DNA of 34,131 bases. It comes from Candidatus Sericytochromatia bacterium (GTDB taxonomy: Bacteria; Cyanobacteriota; Sericytochromatia; S15B-MN24; JAQBPE01). How positions within the stretch are numbered: position 1 is the first letter of the stretch; each line of letters begins with the position of its first letter. Location: contig JAYKHR010000041.1 of NCBI GenBank assembly GCA_035285125.1, positions 1 to 34,131 on the forward strand. The letters run 5' to 3'. The notes beneath the pieces are model-generated. The model worked only from the letters and a program-made list of their open reading frames with translations. It had not been told where the DNA came from and made no database searches. Below are positions 31,419-34,131 of the stretch, in pieces. Both the position numbers and the translations under genes were made by a program.

Positions 31419-31799
31419 GTGAGCCTGAAGCGCGTGATGATCGTCGAGGATGATGCCGACGTGCGCGGCCTCCTCCGGCGCTACCTCGAGCACCAGGCCT
31501 ATGCCTGTGACCCTGCGGCGTCTGCGGCCCAGTGCCTCCGCCTCCTGACGGAGGCTCCCCCGCCGGACCTGATCCTGCTCGATCATGAGCTGCCTGACAT
31601 GGACGGCAAGGCCCTCACCACCATGATCCGGGCGCGCGCCGAGGTCGCGGGCGTCCCGATCCTCCTGATCACCGGGCGCAAGCTCGAGCCCGAGGGGGCC
31701 GCCGCCCTGGCGGCCGGCGTCGATGCCTGCCTGTACAAGCCGTTCTCGCCGCGCGTGCTGCTGGCCAAGGTGCAGGCCCTCCTCGGCGAGCTGGCTTAA
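31419..31799 (+). CDS. Single-domain response regulator (CheY-like receiver)
   Basis: GTG after GGAG (alternative 31383); VMIVEDD, DLILLD.ELPDMDG (phospho-Asp), LITG, YKPF. Confidence 0.92.
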   Translation: MSLKRVMIVEDDADVRGLLRRYLEHQAYACDPAASAAQCLRLLTEAPPPDLILLDHELPDMDGKALTTMIRARAEVAGVPILLITGRKLEPEGAAALAAGVDACLYKPFSPRVLLAKVQALLGELA

Positions 31800-31883
31800 A
31801 CTGCTCTAAACAATCTCGCCCACCCTGCAGGATGTCTCCTGGTGCTGCTGGCTGGGGATTTATGGGTTTTTCGACGCGGGGGG

Positions 31884-31912
31884 TTCTCAAATTTAGGTGA
31901 ACCTGTTAAACT
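31884..31912 (+). promoter_or_regulatory. Sigma70-like promoter of the nuclease gene
   Basis: TTCTCA, 17-nt spacer, TAAACT, with TG at the extended -10 position (31904-31905); AT-rich region. Confidence 0.55.
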
Positions 31913-31963
31913 GCACTTAACGTTGGGCCCGGGGGGGGCTCAGCCTGGTGTGAGGGACCAACC

Positions 31964-32803
31964 GTGACGTTGATGCGCGCGTTCTTCCACGGCCTGCTGG
32001 CTAGCGCCCTGGGCCTTGCCGGCTGCGGCCTGGCGCCGACCGGCGCCCCTGCTGCCAAGGCCCGCGTGGCCTCGGGGCGGCTGGCTGCGAAGGCCCTGCC
32101 TGCGGGCTACTACAAGAGCGCGGAGGGCCTGCAGGGCCAGCTGTTGCTCCGGGCCCTTCACGACATCGTCGCCCGCCACAAGGACCTCGGCTACGACGGC
32201 GCCCGGGACGTGATGTTCGCCGACGTCGACGACCCGGACAACGACGACATCGTCGCCTGCGTGTACATCGGGCGGGCGCTGGAGCGCGTGCACGACCGCG
32301 GCAGCGCCTTTCGCAACGGCAACGGCCTCAACGCCGAGCACACCTGGCCTCAAAGCAAGGGTGCCGAGGGCACCGCCAAGGCGGATCTGCACCACCTCTT
32401 CCCCGCCGACGTGAAGGCCAACGGCATCCGGGGCTCTTACCCCTTCGGCGTGGTGATCCACCCCGAGTGGTCCGCAGGCGGCAGCACCCTCGGCCGCAAC
32501 GCGAGCCAGCAGCGCGTTTTCCAGCCTCGCTCCAGGCAGTGGGGTGACACGGCTCGCGCGATCTTCTACTTCTACACCGTGTACGGCCTCCGGGGCAGCC
32601 TCGACACCAGCAACTTCCGCGTCGAGGAGCCCGTGCTGCGCCAGTGGCACGAGCAGGACCCGCCGAGCGCCGAGGAGCGCCTGCGCAACGACGCCGTGTA
32701 TGCCGTGCAGGGCAACCGCAACCCGTACATCGACCACCCCGAGTACGTGAAGCAGGTCGGCACCTTCCTGCGCCCCGACATCGGCCAGCAGCGGGCCCGC
32801 TGA
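31964..32803 (+). CDS. Endonuclease I family (His-Me finger) lipoprotein
   Basis: GTG after GAGGGA; lipobox LAGC; YY.SAEGL.G..L..ALH.I, NAEHTWPQS, DLHHLFPAD..ANG.RG, GD.ARAIFYF..VY, W..QDPP...E..RN, QGNRNPYIDHPE. Confidence 0.93.
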   Translation: MTLMRAFFHGLLASALGLAGCGLAPTGAPAAKARVASGRLAAKALPAGYYKSAEGLQGQLLLRALHDIVARHKDLGYDGARDVMFADVDDPDNDDIVACVYIGRALERVHDRGSAFRNGNGLNAEHTWPQSKGAEGTAKADLHHLFPADVKANGIRGSYPFGVVIHPEWSAGGSTLGRNASQQRVFQPRSRQWGDTARAIFYFYTVYGLRGSLDTSNFRVEEPVLRQWHEQDPPSAEERLRNDAVYAVQGNRNPYIDHPEYVKQVGTFLRPDIGQQRAR

Positions 32804-32829
32804 GGCGCGACACGTCACCGAGAGAGAGC

Positions 32830-32863
32830 CACGCAGGGCGCCGGACCTCCGGCGCCCTGCGTG
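32830..32863. terminator. Perfect 16-bp inverted repeat between convergent genes, likely terminator
   Basis: CACGCAGGGCGCCGGA-cc-TCCGGCGCCCTGCGTG, 2 nt after the fliA stop; on the minus strand it is followed by the pyrimidine run CTCTCTCT. Confidence 0.7.
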
Positions 32864-32865
32864 CG

Positions 32866-33624
32866 TCAGGCCGTGACGAGCTGGTTGATGCGGGTCCGCA
32901 GGCGTCCCATCGCCTGGCCGTGCAGCTGGCAGACGCGGCTCTCCGTCACGCCCAGCACCGCCCCGATCTCCTTCAGCGTCAGGCCCTCGTGGTAGTACAG
33001 GCTGACCAGCAGCCGCTCGCGCTCCGGCAGCAGGTCGATGGCCTGCCCGAGCACGTCGAGCATCGCCTCGTGGTCGAGCTGGGCTGCGGGCCCGAGGCGG
33101 TCGTCCGGCAAGGTGTCGAGCCAGCTGAGCTTCTGGCCGTCGTCGCTGGCCGAGACGAGCTCGTCGAGCGACAGCACGGGCGCCGTGATCTCGGACAGGC
33201 TGCGCGGCAGGTCTTCCACGCCCACGCCGAGGCGTCCCGCGAGCTCCTGGTCGCTGGCCGTCCGGCCGAGCTCGTTCTCCAGGGTGCGGATCGTCGCCTC
33301 GAGATCCTTGGCCTTCTGGCGGACGGAGCGCGGCAGCCAGTCTTGCGAGCGCAGCTCGTCAATCACGGCCCCGCGGATGCGGCTGATGGCGAAGGTCTCG
33401 AACTTGAAGCCCCGCTCGGGGCTGAACCGCTCGATGGCCATGATGAGCCCCATCACGCCGTAGCCGAGCAGGTCCTCGGCGTCCACGGTGGGCGGCAGCG
33501 TCACGGCCAGCCGGCCCACGACGTACTTGACCAGCGGCAGGTACTCCAGCACGAGCCGCTCGCGCGTCGCGAGGTCGGGCTTGCTGGTGTACTGCTGCCA
33601 GAGATCGGCGGTCGAAGTCGTCAA
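32866..33624 (-). CDS. fliA: RNA polymerase sigma-28 factor, FliA/WhiG family
   Basis: TTG after AGGAGG; YLPLVKYVVGRL, DLLGYGVMGL, KFETFA..RIRGAVIDELRSQDWLPRSVR, LYYHEGLTLKEIGAVLGVTESRVCQLH. Confidence 0.96.
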   Translation of the reverse strand: MTTSTADLWQQYTSKPDLATRERLVLEYLPLVKYVVGRLAVTLPPTVDAEDLLGYGVMGLIMAIERFSPERGFKFETFAISRIRGAVIDELRSQDWLPRSVRQKAKDLEATIRTLENELGRTASDQELAGRLGVGVEDLPRSLSEITAPVLSLDELVSASDDGQKLSWLDTLPDDRLGPAAQLDHEAMLDVLGQAIDLLPERERLLVSLYYHEGLTLKEIGAVLGVTESRVCQLHGQAMGRLRTRINQLVTA

Positions 33625-33658
33625 GCGGGCCCTCCTGCAGGGCGGCGGGCGCGGGGGC

Positions 33659-34030
33659 TCATTCCGGGTACAGCGAGTGGATCTGCTTGGACGAGGACTT
33701 CAGGTCGAGCGGCAAGAAGGCCTCGGGCTCGCCACCGGTGGTCACGCGCTCGGGCGTCGGCGGCACCCGGCCGCCGGCCCGCATGACGGGCTCCTCTTCG
33801 CCGACGGTGAAGTCGACCCGGCCGCCCTTGTCGTCGCCCTCGGCGGCCTGCTTCTCCCTCATCGCCGAGATGGCGCTGAGCAGGAAGCCGACGATGACGC
33901 CCGCGAGCGAGCCGAGCAGGCCCGCCACCGTGACGCGTCCCATCATCACCTCGAAGGGGACGTTGATCAGGAAGCAGATGAACAGCGTGATCAGGCCGGC
34001 CGCGCTGCCGAAGATCCCGCCCCAACTCAT
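33659..34030 (-). CDS. Small hypothetical membrane protein (two N-terminal TMs, charged C-terminal tail) upstream of fliA
   Basis: ATG 34030 (alternative GTG 34051); two hydrophobic segments, then AMREKQAAEGDDKGGRVDFTVGEEE...; GC3-rich codons; same strand, 34 nt before fliA. Confidence 0.75.
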   Translation of the reverse strand: MSWGGIFGSAAGLITLFICFLINVPFEVMMGRVTVAGLLGSLAGVIVGFLLSAISAMREKQAAEGDDKGGRVDFTVGEEEPVMRAGGRVPPTPERVTTGGEPEAFLPLDLKSSSKQIHSLYPE

Positions 34031-34098
34031 TTCGACCTGTCCCAACGCCACCCTCCCGGTCGGGCGTTCCGCCCGTCTGACCAGCCCGGGCCCCCTCT

Positions 34099-34127
34099 CT
34101 TGTACCCGAAACCCTTCGAGAGCACAA
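34099..34127 (-). promoter_or_regulatory. Possible sigma70-like promoter for the hypothetical gene and fliA
   Basis: TTGTGC, 17-nt spacer, TACAAG on the minus strand; weak match near the window edge. Confidence 0.3.
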
Positions 34128-34131
34128 TAAG

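Noticed and set aside
31419..31799. Calling the receiver protein CheY
   Set aside because: It is a generic single-domain receiver with no che genes in the window, so a symbol is not supportable.
31797..31963. Riboswitch (c-di-GMP) or sigma-28 promoter in the AT-rich gap
   Set aside because: No GGCAAAC..GAAA..GACGCAAAG-type core, and no TAAA-N15-GCCGATAA match; a sigma70-like promoter explains the composition.
32830..32863. Perfect inverted repeat as a MITE/REP or IS end
   Set aside because: I saw only one copy in the window, with no transposase or target duplication; its position fits a terminator.

Overview
A very GC-rich bacterial window with no rRNA, tRNA, CRISPR array or recognisable mobile element. 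The octapeptide-repeat and Pro/Thr-rich lipoproteins, an LdpA homolog and a flagellar sigma factor suggest a non-photosynthetic cyanobacterial relative such as Ca. Sericytochromatia; this is inference only. Left to right: (1) a repeat-bearing lipoprotein running off the left edge, absent from the ORF track, and a divergent Pro/Thr-rich lipoprotein; (2) a translationally coupled minus-strand operon of secreted M16 peptidase, cstA and a ybdD/yjiX-like gene; (3) a ~23 kb surface-glycan locus in two modules. Module A has two YfhO-like GT-C proteins, rfbH/rfbF/rfbG, an SDR, an FkbM methyltransferase, a GT2, a split transketolase, an HMGL-like aldolase and an LdpA-like 2x[4Fe-4S] protein. Module B has a GT9, a UDP-uronate epimerase, a GT2 and asnB, convergent on two tandem-duplicated ArnT/PMT-like GT-C genes; (4) a lipoprotein carrying what looks like an isolated flagellar hook/rod (FlgE/F/G) core domain without its terminal polymerisation helices, a single-domain response regulator, a lipoprotein endonuclease I, fliA/whiG and a small membrane protein. 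The most notable candidates are the repurposed hook/rod-domain lipoprotein, the circadian LdpA homolog inside a sugar pathway that lacks its canonical RfbI reductase, and the octapeptide-repeat lipoprotein. All family calls come from motif recognition by eye; no database searches were run.
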